A stretch of DNA of 64,000 bases from Octopus bimaculoides (lineage: Eukaryota). The translations under genes and the position numbers were made by a program. Position 1 is the stretch's first letter, and every line of letters begins with the position of its first letter. Shown here one piece after another: positions 26,560-39,310 of this stretch. The notes beneath the pieces are model-generated. The model worked only from the letters and a program-made list of their open reading frames with translations. It was not told where the DNA came from and did no database searches. The stretch lies in the NCBI RefSeq assembly GCF_001194135.2, contig NC_068992.1, positions 21,314,328 to 21,378,327 on the forward strand, given 5' to 3'.

Positions 26560-26747
26560 TAATTGTTTCACTTTTCTTCCGTGTATAAAAGCACTCTTTA
26601 TGTACTTGACTACATGTTTATACACGCATATGCCTGAATCTCATAGATAGCCATATACTAATGCATATATATGGAGAAGAAAGATAGAGAATAATTAAAT
26701 CATGTATAAAGTGAGAGGCAGACAGGTACAGATAAAATACGGATATC

Positions 26748-26840
26748 TTATGAATTCAATTTTGAAGTAGTTGCATTTAAAGGTGACAGAGCAACAAGAA
26801 GATGGGGATTGATGAAGGGTTGATATAAATGGTGTTGAAT
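26748..26840 (-). CDS. Candidate terminal exon (unrecognised peptide)
   Basis: Strong acceptor ggttattttgtttttcag; phase 0 reads IQHHLYQPFINPHLLVALSPLNATTSKLNS*. Confidence 0.2.
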   Translation of the reverse strand: MQHHLYQPFINPHLLVALSPLNATTSKLNS

Positions 26841-27370
26841 CTGAAAAACAAAATAACCGAGGAAGATTGCATCAATAAAATCTCATTGGAATTGCGAACG
26901 CTGTGTATAACGTTTAATTATTTATCTGCTGTAGGTCAGATAATTTCGATGCAACAGGCTTTACGTGACAGATGTTAATTTGATGTCTACTTCAGAAACA
27001 AATTACTTACATTGAAACGCTTCTGTCTATATGTGTATATATACATATATGTGTGTGAGAGTGTGTGTATGTTTATATANNNNNNNNNNNNNNNNNNNNN
27101 NNNNNNNNNNNNNNNNNNNNNNNNNNNNNNNNNNNNNNNNNNNNNNNNNNNNNNNNNNNNNNNNNNNNNNNNNNNNNNNNNNNNNNNNNNNNNNNNNNNN
27201 NNNNNNNNNNNNNNNNNNNNNNNNNNNNNNNNNNNNNNNNNNNNNNNNNNNNNNNNNNNNNNNNNNNNNNNNNNNNNNNNNNNNNNNNNNNNNNNNNNNN
27301 NNNNNATACTTATTTGTATAAGTTTTATATGCATATAACTTACATAAATATAAAAACAGCATAAAGATAC

Positions 27371-27413
<43 letters not shown>

Positions 27414-28424
27414 CTATTGCTTTCGTTTCGAGTAAGTAGGCGAATGTGATGAGTATTTCCTTTTCGAGTGTTTGTCAGTGTGTTTAGTTATATATGTCTT
27501 CGCAAGTGTATATTAGTGGCAGCCTGTGTATGCGTGTGTGTGTGTGTGTTTGCACATGCATATGATATGTACGCATGCGTATATGCAGATTTTCCTGCGT
27601 TTGTTCAGTTCAGTCATTTGATTGTTTTGTGCGTTTGTTTGTTTTTTTATTTATTTATTTTTTTCTTTCTTTGTTCCTACTTGAAATCTCCCGGTCGAAA
27701 TATGTGAATCAAGTAGCGATTAGCAATAAAAGGTATTCGCTTGCACGTAGTGTCACAGGAAACAATTCTGCTAATGAAGCTTAAGCAATCGTTTTCTATG
27801 AACTTCTACATGTACAATATTACTTGCACTTTCTCTTTCCCTCACTTTTTTTATATCTTTTACCGAGTGTTGTCAGTTTCAATTCTCACAATCACCTAAC
27901 CATATTGACGAGGATAAGGTTACTGTTAACATTGTCAATTTTATAACATGGAATATCTTCGTTGGTTTTGTGTCTTTTTACTTCTAGTTTTCTTTTAGTA
28001 TTTATTCTATCACTTCGTTTCGAAGGAGATTTTTCGAAAGAAGCATTACGAGACTTCATCATTTTGAAGTTCAAGACACTTGCTCAATTCGTTTTTTGCT
28101 TATTTTATTGGTTGTGTTTATGATATCTGAATCCATGTGTGTGTGTGTATGGGGGGGGGGTGCGTGTGTGAGTATGTGTGTGTGTGCATAAAACATCATT
28201 AAATATATATATACATACATACACATATGTATATATATTATTATTATTATCATAATTATTATCATTGCTTTTATTATTATTATGATTATTATTATTAAAT
28301 TTATATTTTCATGACATTTTATATAACTCAAAGTAATAATTATAGCAGTTTGTGCTTCACTTAACAGTCTATTTCAACTGAGACGAAGCTATCATGACGT
28401 AACTAGAATTTAAACGTCGTAATA

Positions 28425-28462
<38 letters not shown>

Positions 28463-28473
28463 TGTGTGTGTGT

Positions 28474-28515
<42 letters not shown>

Positions 28516-28566
28516 TTATCTATCCGTTTTGCAAGATTCTTGATGTGAATTCATGTGTTGAAACAG

Positions 28567-28856
28567 ATATTGCTGTATTTGGTAATGGTGATGTTGCCAG
28601 TTTAGCCAATGAAAACATACGCACTATATATTTGGTGTTCACTTGCTTCACCTTTATTTTATATTAATTGTATTTCGACCAGAGTTCTTTCGTCACGCTT
28701 CAGTGACTTCTTCCGTGGTCCTTTGGATTTTTCTTTCTTTTTGTGTCTCTCTTTCCTAACGATCTGCCATTTTGTACAAAATGAACACCAAATATATAGT
28801 GCATGTGTTACCATTGGCTTAACTGGCAACGTGACCATCCCTAAATACAACAATAT
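28567..28856. mobile_element. Foldback/MITE-like element with 75-bp inverted arms
   Basis: 28567-28641 is the reverse complement of 28782-28856 (roughly 85% by eye), with a 140-bp spacer; TA-rich at the right end. Confidence 0.85.
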
Positions 28857-29769
28857 ATATATATATATATANNNNNNNNNNNNNNNNNNNNNNNNNNNNN
28901 NNNNNNNNNNNNNNNNNNNNNNNNNNNNNNNNNNNNNNNNNNNNNNNNNNNNNNNNNNNNNNNNNNNNNNNNNNNNNNNNNNNNNNNNNNNNNNNNNNNN
29001 NNNNNNNNNNNNNNNNNNNNNNNNNNNNNNNNNNNNNNNNNNNNNNNNNNNNNNNNNNNNNNNNNNNNNNNNNNNNNNNNNNNNNNNNNNNNNNNNNNNN
29101 NNNNNNNNNNNNNNNNNNNNNNNNNNNNNNNNNNNNNNNNNNNNNNNNNNNNNNNNNNNNNNNNNNNNNNNNNNNNNNNNNNNNNNNNNNNNNNNNNNNN
29201 NNNNNNNNNNNNNNNNNNNNNNNNNNNNNNNNNNNNNNNNNNNNNNNNNNNNNNNNNNNNNNNNNNNNNNNNNNNNNNNNNNNNNNNNNNNNNNNNNNNN
29301 NNNNNNNNNNNNNNNNNNNNNNNNNNNNNNNNNNNNNNNNNNNNNNNNNNNNNNNNNNNNNNNNNNNNNNNNNNNNNNNNNNNNNNNNNNNNNNNNNNNN
29401 NNNNNNNNNNNNNNNNNNNNNNNNNNNNNNNNNNNNNNNNNNNNNNNNNNNNNNNNNNNNNNNNNNNNNNNNNNNNNNNNNNNNNNNNNNNNNNNNNNNN
29501 NNNNNNNNNNNNNNNNNNNNNNNNNNNNNNNNNNNNNNNNNNNNNNNNNNNNNNNNNNNNNNNNNNNNNNNNNNNNNNNNNNNNNNNNNNNNNNNNNNNN
29601 NNNNNNNNNNNNNNNNNNNNNNNNNNNNNNNNNNNNNNNNNNNNNNNNNNNNNNNNNNNNNNNNNNNNNNNNNNNNNNNNNNNNNNNNNNNNNNNNNNNN
29701 NNNNNNNNNNNNNNNNNNNNNNNNNNNNNNNNNNNNNNNNNNNNNNNNNNATATATATATATATATAAT

Positions 29770-29870
29770 TCGGTATCGATAAATTAAGTACCAGTAAAAC
29801 ACTGGGGTTGATGAAATCAACTTGTCCCCTCCCCAAAAATATCAGGCCTTGTGCCTTTATTAGAAAGAAT
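29770..29870 (+). mobile_element. SINE family A, 3' part
   Basis: tcgataaattaagtaccagt..acactgggg.tgat...ccccaaaaat.tcaggccttgtgcc matches the second unit of the 7398 element. Confidence 0.9.
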
Positions 29871-30620
29871 CATTTCTCCTATCTTAGGGAGGCTCGATTT
29901 TTTTTCTTTTTATTCTGTATTGTAAAGATTCATCCACAAAAATCTGCTTAACGTTTTTCGGGCTCAACTTATACCCAGGTATATACTTCGGCTCTCAGTC
30001 TTTCTAGGTCATTAAATTATTTGTCAGTCACTAAAATAATAGTGATTGTTGGAGGTTTTGAATAGCTGCCAAATAATAGCTAAAATCAATGAGAGAAAAG
30101 AGTAATTATAAAAACATATAAAAAAATATCTACTAAATATCACAGCGACAATTATAGAACACCGTGAATAACAGATTCGGCTAGTTGCCAGAGAGCAATT
30201 TCCTTGGTTGTTTATGGGTCTTTAGTTATCTTTAGTGCATACATATCTATATTTACTAAAATTACGTACATCTGTTACAATTAAAGAGTGACAGTGCTAA
30301 TTTTTTTCTTGATGTCGAGTGTAATATTTTCTGTCTAAAATAATTATTGCAACAAAGACGTGATACGGGAACGTCTATCATATCCTAACTACTTGAACTG
30401 TACATCTTTCCCTATATATATATTAAATATACTGTGTTCACGTTACAGTTTAGAGCTCGATCAGCTAAATTCACTTGATTTTGTCTTAGCGTTATTCCAC
30501 CGTTTATATTGTTTGCATCAATAGATTCACACACTTCTATCCTTTTACTTAAGGAAAGTACAAACATACAATTTATCCTGTGGGAAAATTAATCGATCGT
30601 TGATCGCAAGGAGAATGCAG

Positions 30621-30660
30621 CAGTAGGTATGTTTCGGCTTTATTAGCCCTCTTCGAGAAC
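30621..30660 (-). ncRNA. Heavily degenerate hammerhead-like motif
   Basis: Minus strand: TCGAAGA G GGCT aataa AGCC GAAAC ATAC CTA. Stem II and GAAAC are intact; stem I and helix III are eroded. Confidence 0.35.
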
Positions 30661-30742
30661 TAATCCAATATCCACTTCTTTCTTTGTTATGTTTCAATGA
30701 AATTTCAAACTAAGGAACAAGGTCAGAAATATGAAGGGAACG

Positions 30743-31130
30743 TTGTAATCAATTAAATCGGCGCTAGTACTTGAGTGGCACTTTTTTTTAGCAATGGGAT
30801 GAAAAGCAAACTTATCCTGGCAGAAAGGAATTGAATTCAGAATGTAAAGACCCACAAGAAATACTGCAAGTTATCTTATCCGAAATTCCACCGACTCTAC
30901 TATACCAACGACACAATGATAATTTTTCTAAAATAAAGACAACTCATGGAATTTGAATGGAGGATTTTCGGCACGTAAATCAAATCCCTGTTCTTAATCT
31001 GCACATTATCTTGTCGACCCCAGAATGGCTAAAGACAAAACTCACTTTTGCAACAATTCAACTCAGATTTTAAAGAGTTGTATCACACTCCGCAACGTAA
31101 TCTGTCCGATGTTCAAGCGAATCAACAAAT
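30743..31130 (-). mobile_element. Two very old SINE family A remnants
   Basis: Reverse-strand traces of the core (gatgaaaagcaaactt..., gaattcagaatgtaaagac; gtcgaccccagaatggctaaagacaaaa, caactcaga). Confidence 0.5.
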
Positions 31131-32936
31131 CCATTTCTCTTACGGATATCTAATAATAGAGCTACATAAAGTAGAATCACATTATCTAATTGTATCTGTT
31201 GTCATCTAAAATGAAGCAAAAAGACACGCAAGCCTAAAAGACAAATGATTTTTTCCTCGAGTTCTAGGTTTATTGGTTTTAACTAATCTGGTAAATATAC
31301 TGGTTTCACATATGACAAAATCTGTGACTTAAACACTCGTTAAAACCTAAATTGCTCACTTGCTTCATCCTTGTCAATACATTTCACAAACATTTAGTTT
31401 GCCTTCTGCCAAATTATATTGAAAGTTTTGCGAGAAAGAGATAAGCCAAATCAGAATGGAATTCGACACGGGAAAGTTACACCCATTTACTTCACTATTG
31501 TTTTTTGTGGAAGGCATAAACGTTTCAACATCCAAATTCTGTTTTTACAAAGATGCGGCTTTTGTACACGATAAGGGAAATAAAGTGAAATCCAATCCCA
31601 TTTGGAAACGAATAGAGTTATGACCTAACATGTAAGACAGAAATTGTCAATGTAGCTTACGAACCTGTGGCATATCAGAAATAGTCAGCAGATCTCCTTA
31701 TAACAACCAGTCAATTTTGAAGAAAAAAAACACTAGTGGATACTATAGTTTGAGGTGCATTATTCCTGAAAATAGAAAGCAAGATAGATTAGTGCCTATT
31801 TGGTGTTAAATATTATCATATGGCACATATGAAAATGCAACTAAAGTTGGCGCCAACATTGTATACTCAGAATGTATGATTATAGATTTCTACTTCTTAT
31901 CTAGATACTCATCCAGGATTTGATTCAGACAAAGATACATAATTACTAATGACACAGCTCATATAATTGTGTCCAAACAATATACTATGTGTGGTACATT
32001 GACAGTGTTCAGCTGAATGATTCTTTACTATATTACCGTACTATACTCAAATACAGACCAAGCTAAATGCTATATGAGGTAAGTTTCCTACCCAGAAACA
32101 GAAATCGAACATCTGCACATTTACAAACCCCCTGCTGCCACCAGATCTACTAAAGATAAATGCCAACTCCTCACTAAATCGTACGCTATTTATTTTAAAA
32201 TGTTAAAGACTCGTTGAATAATGTAGTACAGTGTCAGAGACAAAATAGCAGGATGGAATGCCTTGTAATATATGACTACTCGATCCGGCTTTATCTTAAA
32301 CAAACCGCAGTCAGTGTCATTAATCAATGATGACTCTATTGTAAGCTGTTCTCTTGAAATAGACTTAAAGTCAAATCATTTCAGCCGCAAATCAATGCCA
32401 CTTAACAGAACTGTATGGTAATGAATATGGTTTTGTTAGTATTACTCTTGTTGTTCTTTAGTCAGAAATACAGGCATTAATACATGGGAAGTTTCTCTCA
32501 CAGCCATCTCGTACGTTGTTGAACTACGAATTTTTTTCTGCTTCGAAACAACATCTACATTGATTAGGATATGACAGTTATTTCTAGCAGCCCAAGCAAC
32601 CACAGAGATATTCTATCATTGACTCAGTTCAAACGTTAATTCAGGAAGGGAGGGGACCAAATATGGTCAAAAACAGTATCGTTTATTTGTGTCTACTGAA
32701 TACTAGTTGAAATAGTAAACATGTGAAAGGATGCTGCAACACTAGATTCAGACAGTATAGACAAATAAGAAGAAATATAGGCATGTGTATATATTAAGAT
32801 ATATAAACATATGTCCGTGTGTATATACATAAATATATATCTATTATGTATATATATATATATGAACATATATATACATACATATATATAGACATACATA
32901 TATACACACACACACACACATACACACAGACACACA

Positions 32937-32990
<54 letters not shown>

Positions 32991-33792
32991 CATATNNNNN
33001 NNNNNNNNNNNNNNNNNNNNNNNNNNNNNNNNNNNNNNNNNNNNNNNNNNNNNNNNNNNNNNNNNNNNNNNNNNNNNNNNNNNNNNNNNNNNNNNNNNNN
33101 NNNNNNNNNNNNNNNNNNNNNNNNNNNNNNNNNNNNNNNNNNNNNNNNNNNNNNNNNNNNNNNNNNNNNNNNNNATATATATATAATGAAATGACAGGTT
33201 CACCTGGCTTTGATTAAAGAAATGATTTATTAGTAGAAGAAAATTATATTTCATTCCATTTCATTTTGATAAATAATCTCCACTTATTTTTGCTGAGTAA
33301 CACTAAAACAGATTAGACGAACATATGTCTTTTTAGAATCTTATTAATTCATGTTCAGTGGCTGGCATAATTTATTTAAAGAATTTATCTTCGTATTACA
33401 TACGCAAAAGTCTTCAGCCTGATCGAACATTTGCCATCTCAAACGCTACTTGAAGGAAGCCAGATTATATTTGACACAAATAGTCGCATCTATTAACACA
33501 TCATTGCTCTGTAAATAGTCTGCATCATGCGTCAGCTGATCTGCACCTTGAAGGGCCGCTGTGGTAAGTACAAGAGATACGATGTTCCTGTTGATGTAGC
33601 ATCAAATTAATCGGTGGTTATTTTAGAAAAATTTTAATTAAATTTGCGAACGAGTAAATTTTACGACATTCACACAACCGATACGTTACAAGTATAGTCT
33701 TCCCCTTTCCAAGACGAATTCACTGCTAATTATCTGACAATCTTATGAAACGATGGCACGTTAATTATGTTGTCTCCACAGATAGAAATTCA

Positions 33793-33900
33793 CCATATTT
33801 GCCGGCGTATAAGACGCGCATGGCATAACACTCGCCTCTACTTCATGAGAAGGTATTCTGGAAAAATGCAAATTTAGTGCGCTTCATCATGTATGTAATT
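33793..33900 (+). mobile_element. Possible Tc2/pogo-like TIR remnant
   Basis: ccatatttgccggcgtataagacgc resembles CCGTATTT.CCGGCGTATAAGACG-type termini; no partner TIR found. Confidence 0.35.
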
Positions 33901-34023
33901 AAAGAAATTTGAAAGTAGTTCTGCAAGGAAAATATATGTTGTGTGCCGTTAAAGTATCCTGGAATAAAGTATGATATCATAAGTATATCATGTGTGTTTT
34001 TGTGTGTGTGTGTGTGTGTGTAC

Positions 34024-34490
34024 GTGCAGGAATGGTTGTGTGATAAGAGGCTTACTTCCCAACCACATGGTTCCGGGTCAAGTTCTACGCAGTGGGACCT
34101 TGGTCGAGTACCTTCTACTACAGCCTCGGGCCGTTCAAAGCCTTGTGGATGGATTTGGTAGTCGGAAACTGAACGAAGCCTGTCGTATATGTATTTATAT
34201 ATGTGTGTGTATGCGTGTGCGTGTGAGCTGGCCCGTGTGTGTGTGTGTGCCTGTGTGTCTGTGTTTGTACCCCACTACCGCTTGATAACCGGAATTGGTA
34301 TGTTTACGTCCTCGTAGTTTAGCGCTTCGGGGAAGAGACCGAGAGAATAAGTTCCAGGCTTTAAAAAAATAAACAAAATAACTAAATAAACGTACTAGGG
34401 TCGATTAATTCAGCTAAAAATTCTTCAAGGTGATGCCCTAGCATGGCCGCAGTCTAATGACTGAAACAAGTAAAAGAATAAAAGAATAGA
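34024..34490 (+). mobile_element. Full-length SINE, family B
   Basis: Colinear with 17215-17613 (ccaaccacatggttccggg...gatttggtagtcggaaactg...cttcaaggtgatgccctagcatggccgcagtctaatgactgaaacaagtaaaagaataaaagaata). Confidence 0.93.
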
Positions 34491-35509
34491 GTACGTTATG
34501 AGAGCATCTCAGCTTCATTATCCCTCAGATCAACTGCATAGTCGTTCATATTTTGGTCAAGTGAATTACTTTCCAAGATACAAAACTCATATTTTTACGA
34601 GGATATTTTGTATCAGTTCGATCAGCTACCAAGTTAACCTGGCTCCTTAACCTACAAACTCGGCCTTCTACACGTAAAACGACAGTATTATACGCTGAGC
34701 AATATTTTGAGACGTTTATAAATAAAAAGTGGGTTCTTACATGGCAGCAAATAGCGTATTTATTTACAGCTACTTTCACGGAGTTTTATGACCGTCAAAG
34801 AACTGGAAGTTTTCATGAACGAATTAGCAGAATATATGACAAGAATTAAAAAATTGCGTCGTTTACTTGGTTGGTTCGCGGACTGGTTGGTTAGTCATCT
34901 AAAATTTTACTCGTTTGTCTGACGACAGTTTTATAATTTGTGTTAGTTGATGAATCTTGTTGGGTGTTCTACTGTTCCGTGAAATATGTGAATGCATGAA
35001 TATATTTCTAATCAAATAAGTTTCGAAATAACCAAGCAATTTTGTACAATAACTTTAATAACTTCGATAGTTTTCGGTCAGTATAGGCCCATGCCATGTC
35101 TAACCTGGTGAAGTATTTCAGTCATATCTAGGGCACCTTGCCCCACTCTAGCAAAGATTTAGAATTGGAGGGGGGGATATTCTCTATTTAAACCACTAGT
35201 ACACATACACGGTGGTGCACCAGCATGACCGCAGCCACTTGGCTGAAACACATAAATAAATAAATAAATACACATGTATACGCATGCACACGCTACTTAC
35301 ACACACATGTATTTATATATATATATATATATATANNNNNNNNNNNNNNNNNNNNNNNNNNNNNNNNNNNNNNNNNNNNNNNNNNNNNNNNNNNNNNNNN
35401 NNNNNNNNNNNNNNNNNNNNNNNNNNNNNNNNNNNNNNNNNNNNNNNNNNNNNNNNNNNNNNNNNNNNNNNNNNNNNNNNNNNNATATATATATATATAT
35501 ATAGCTGCT

Positions 35510-35571
35510 TTCGATCTAGTTTGGATTCTTTGCCATCAAATTTGATGGCAAAGAATCCAAACTAGATCGAA
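35510..35571. repeat. Perfect 62-bp spacerless palindrome
   Basis: ttcgatctagtttggattctttgccatcaaa followed directly by its exact reverse complement. Confidence 0.98.
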
Positions 35572-36204
35572 GACTTCTATATATATATGTGTGTGTGTGT
35601 ATGTGCATTTGGATATACATATATGTGTGTGTGTGTGCATTTGGATATAGATATATATATATGTGTGTGTGTATAAGTACGTGTATGTGTGCGTGTGTGT
35701 AAACAATATATATCTTCATACATAACCATGCATATATATAGTGAAAGCTAGATTTATAGATAAGTAAATACATTATACATACATAAACACATACATATAC
35801 ATATATACACACATAAATGTATTCATATACGTTTTATGCACATTTACAAGCACATGACTATATGTAGTTTATATGCATATATATGTATATGTACAGAAAC
35901 ACACAATTTTTTTATGTACATACATACATACCTACATTTCATACACCTGTACGTGTATGGTATGTGTGTATCTTTGTATGTATACAAGATTTTAGAATAG
36001 TCGTTTTCACATTTCTCTTGTAAGAACAATAGCTAATGCTGGGAACATTTGCTAGCGTGTTGAACAGCTCTTTCAACTCATATTGCCAAAGTTGTTATTG
36101 TTTGAGAATGCAATGTAAATAATATGAAAGAAAAAAGAGATTATTCTGAAGCCGATTATTGATGTAACACGTGACGATAAACTATGCATTGCAAATTTTT
36201 GCAG

Positions 36205-36363
36205 GTATTAGAACGGATTGAGCTTGTAATGAATAATAATTTTCGGAGATACAAAAATAGAACGCGACAGAATAATGTAATTATACTTGAGACAGACCGC
36301 ACCTATGTTGATAAAGAACAACCTGTTATATATATAATGCGGATCGATAAAAGGAGAATATAA
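36205..36363 (+). CDS. Candidate terminal exon (unrecognised peptide)
   Basis: Acceptor tttttgcag, then 52 open codons VLERIELVMNNNFRRYKNRTRQNNVIILETDRTYVDKEQPVIYIMRIDKRRI*; AATAAA overlaps the stop. Confidence 0.2.
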   Translation, partial: VLERIELVMNNNFRRYKNRTRQNNVIILETDRTYVDKEQPVIYIMRIDKRRI

Positions 36364-37920
36364 TAAATCTAGATTAATATGGTAATGAATACATGCATTT
36401 TCTTCTGCTTGTATTCTAGTTGCATTCTTGTTTCTGGAAGTTTTGAAATCTAGCAAGAAGTTATCATTTTAATCGCTCTGGTAGCTTGAGAAAAATCTTG
36501 GCAAATGAATCATATTCCTCTTCACTTATTAAATACTAGTTTTTTATTCTTGCCAAGAATTAGGAAAGTTTATATTCCCAACAGTGCACAGTGTCCAAAA
36601 TAATGTCTATGTGAATCCCAATCTTCTTTCTCTGTAATACCTAGATAATAAGATGAAATAGATTTCTTCTATTGATCATTTTAAATCTGTTTTGATATTG
36701 AGTCAATATTGATTTCTCACTGAAAGATTGTATCTTTGGCGTCTTTAGAAAGACATTTCCAGAATTCATTTAAAATTGTTTAACACATTAGCATGTGACT
36801 TCAATGCAGGATTTCTAGTACTCTCAAGTAGGGAAATGATATATCTGTTTGAAACAATGCAGTATATATATTACGCTATGTTAAATATTCATTGTTCATG
36901 CATACCATTCGTGTTGCCTTTATTTCCGGAAATGATTTCCACTCGACAGAAAAAGTTAAAATCATTATTATCACTACCTCTGCCCGATCTCTCCAGAGCT
37001 CAATTACCAGATAATTGATAGTTCGCTCATTTTGTGGTAATTTCCATTGAAAAATAAGTTTTCATTGGCATTTTAATCAAGTCCATAAGAGATAACATTA
37101 CGAATTATATCCTTCATTCCCTAATAGATTAGTCTGGAATTGAGTAATTGTCTGTAAAATGACTCTGGTGATTAGGGACTCGATACGAAGATTCATCAAA
37201 ACGAATAAATAAAAACAAATAAATAATTACACATGCAGCCTCTGGAGATTAGTAAATCACCATGCAAAGGCTATCAGCATTCCAAGTCAAAAGAAAAATA
37301 AAGCATAATAAACCAAACACAAGTCATAATAGGGTCACGGAAGGTTAATGGCGTGTCTTTGGTTTCCTAAATTAACAAAACTACACGATAACTTTTCCCA
37401 TTTGGTTGGATATTAACGGATTTTCTAATATGATAAAATACTGGACGAGCGAATTATATGTTCGTAAGCCAACGTTCCTTACTATAAGGAAATATTTTGG
37501 AGAAGCCTGTAGAAATAAAAAATAAAATTCATATGCATTCCAAATTCCTATCTCTGCTCACCATCAATAACATGTTAAACATATTTAATCTGATAATACG
37601 CACAAAATAACACAAATGATATATAGCCGTTTCAATTTATGGGTCTATACTGCATTAAACTGCGAACATTCAGAGGGCAGCCACACTGTTCTTTTGCGGG
37701 AGTCAGTCTTCTGATTCATTCCCAATATAAAACTGTCATTTATAAATATATAATTGTACGTTATTTACTTATACTTCAGAAAACTTTTCTCTTTAAAGCA
37801 ATAATAACGGAACAACTTTCTATTAAATATGCAAATTCAAATTTATGGCTTTTTATCAGTAAGATGCTTAATACGTCAATTTTTTTCCCTGCGTCTCCCT
37901 CACTCACACTCTCTTTCACC

Positions 37921-37976
<56 letters not shown>

Positions 37977-38370
37977 NNNNNNNNNNNNNNNNNNNNNNNN
38001 NNNNNNNNNNNNNNNNNNNNNNNNNNNNNNNNNNNNNNNNNNNNNNNNNNNNNNNNNNNNNNNNNNNNNNNNNNNNNNNNNNNNNNNNNNNNNNNNNNNN
38101 NNNNNNNNNNNNNNNNNNNNNNNNNNNNNNNNNNNNNNNNNNNNNNNNNNNNNNNNNNNNNNNNNNNNNNNNNNNNNNNNNNNNNNNNNNNNNNNNNNNN
38201 NNNNNNNNNNNNNNNNNNNNNNNNNNNNNNNNNNNNNNNNNNNNNNNNNNNNNNNNNNNNNNNNNNNNNNNNNNNNNNNNNNNNNNNNNNNNNNNNNNNN
38301 NNNNNNNNNNNNNNNNNNNNNNNNNNNNNNNNNNNNNNNNNNNNNNNNNNNNNNNNNNNNNNNNNNNNNN

Positions 38371-38403
<33 letters not shown>

Positions 38404-38953
38404 TACATATGATTCATGAATGTGTACTTTTTCTTTTAAAAATACATTATTCAAATATTCAAAGACTATTACATATTTTCATTTTTTCATGACTGTTTTA
38501 GATTTTAGTTTTGTTCATAGTTTCATGGGATTTTCTTGCAGTTTGTTTTAAAAAAATGACGCTCCTAAATCCATCATCAAAGTTTCTAAGCCATCTTACT
38601 CTAATACCTATAATGAAGTTCGTGCTTCTTACTTCTAATTCTTTATACGTAAATGATCAAAAGCATACACAGAACACAGCATTACGCAAAAAAAACAAAC
38701 AAACACACAAACGCTATTCACAGCTCAAAAGAAAAAATCTAAAACCCGCTTAAAATTCCGGTAGTAAGATTTATAATATTCTTGCTTGGGTGACCTAAGC
38801 TCAAGAACCAATTCACACGAATAGTATTCAACCTTGAAGATGTAACTTGGACGGCCTGGAGATCTTGACGACCAATCTGTGAGCCAGAAAAAACCTTGAC
38901 AAAATATAGAAAGAAAACCTTGATGTACTGAACGAAAATACACATGTATATGA

Positions 38954-38998
<45 letters not shown>

Positions 38999-39137
38999 TA
39001 ATTATGTGGAGAATGAAGAAACAAACACAAGAAGAAGCAAGTCAATTGGGCTAGTTAGCCATTGATTTAATTTTGTGGAGATTATATAATGAGTCATAAA
39101 CTGCGGTTTAAACAATAAATTACCTGCCTCTGGTTAC

Positions 39138-39228
39138 CTTCTAGCGAAGACGGTACCCACTCAAGTAATTTCCAGGAGTGCCTTCGGATTTAACTATCCC
39201 CTGGTTGCTTAGATACTTCAGACTACCC
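39138..39228 (-). CDS. Candidate exon with both splice sites
   Basis: Acceptor ttcaatatttcag, donor GAAG/gtaacc; phase 2 reads GSLKYLSNQGIVKSEGTPGNYLSGYRLR* with the stop 3 nt before the donor. Confidence 0.18.
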
Positions 39229-39257
39229 CTGAAATATTGAAGCAATCCTATCATTTA

Positions 39258-39310
<53 letters not shown>

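Noticed and set aside
38739-38900. TDWSSRSPG as an ITm WP.RSPDL remnant
   Set aside because: Only one partial motif; flanking residues do not fit well enough to call.
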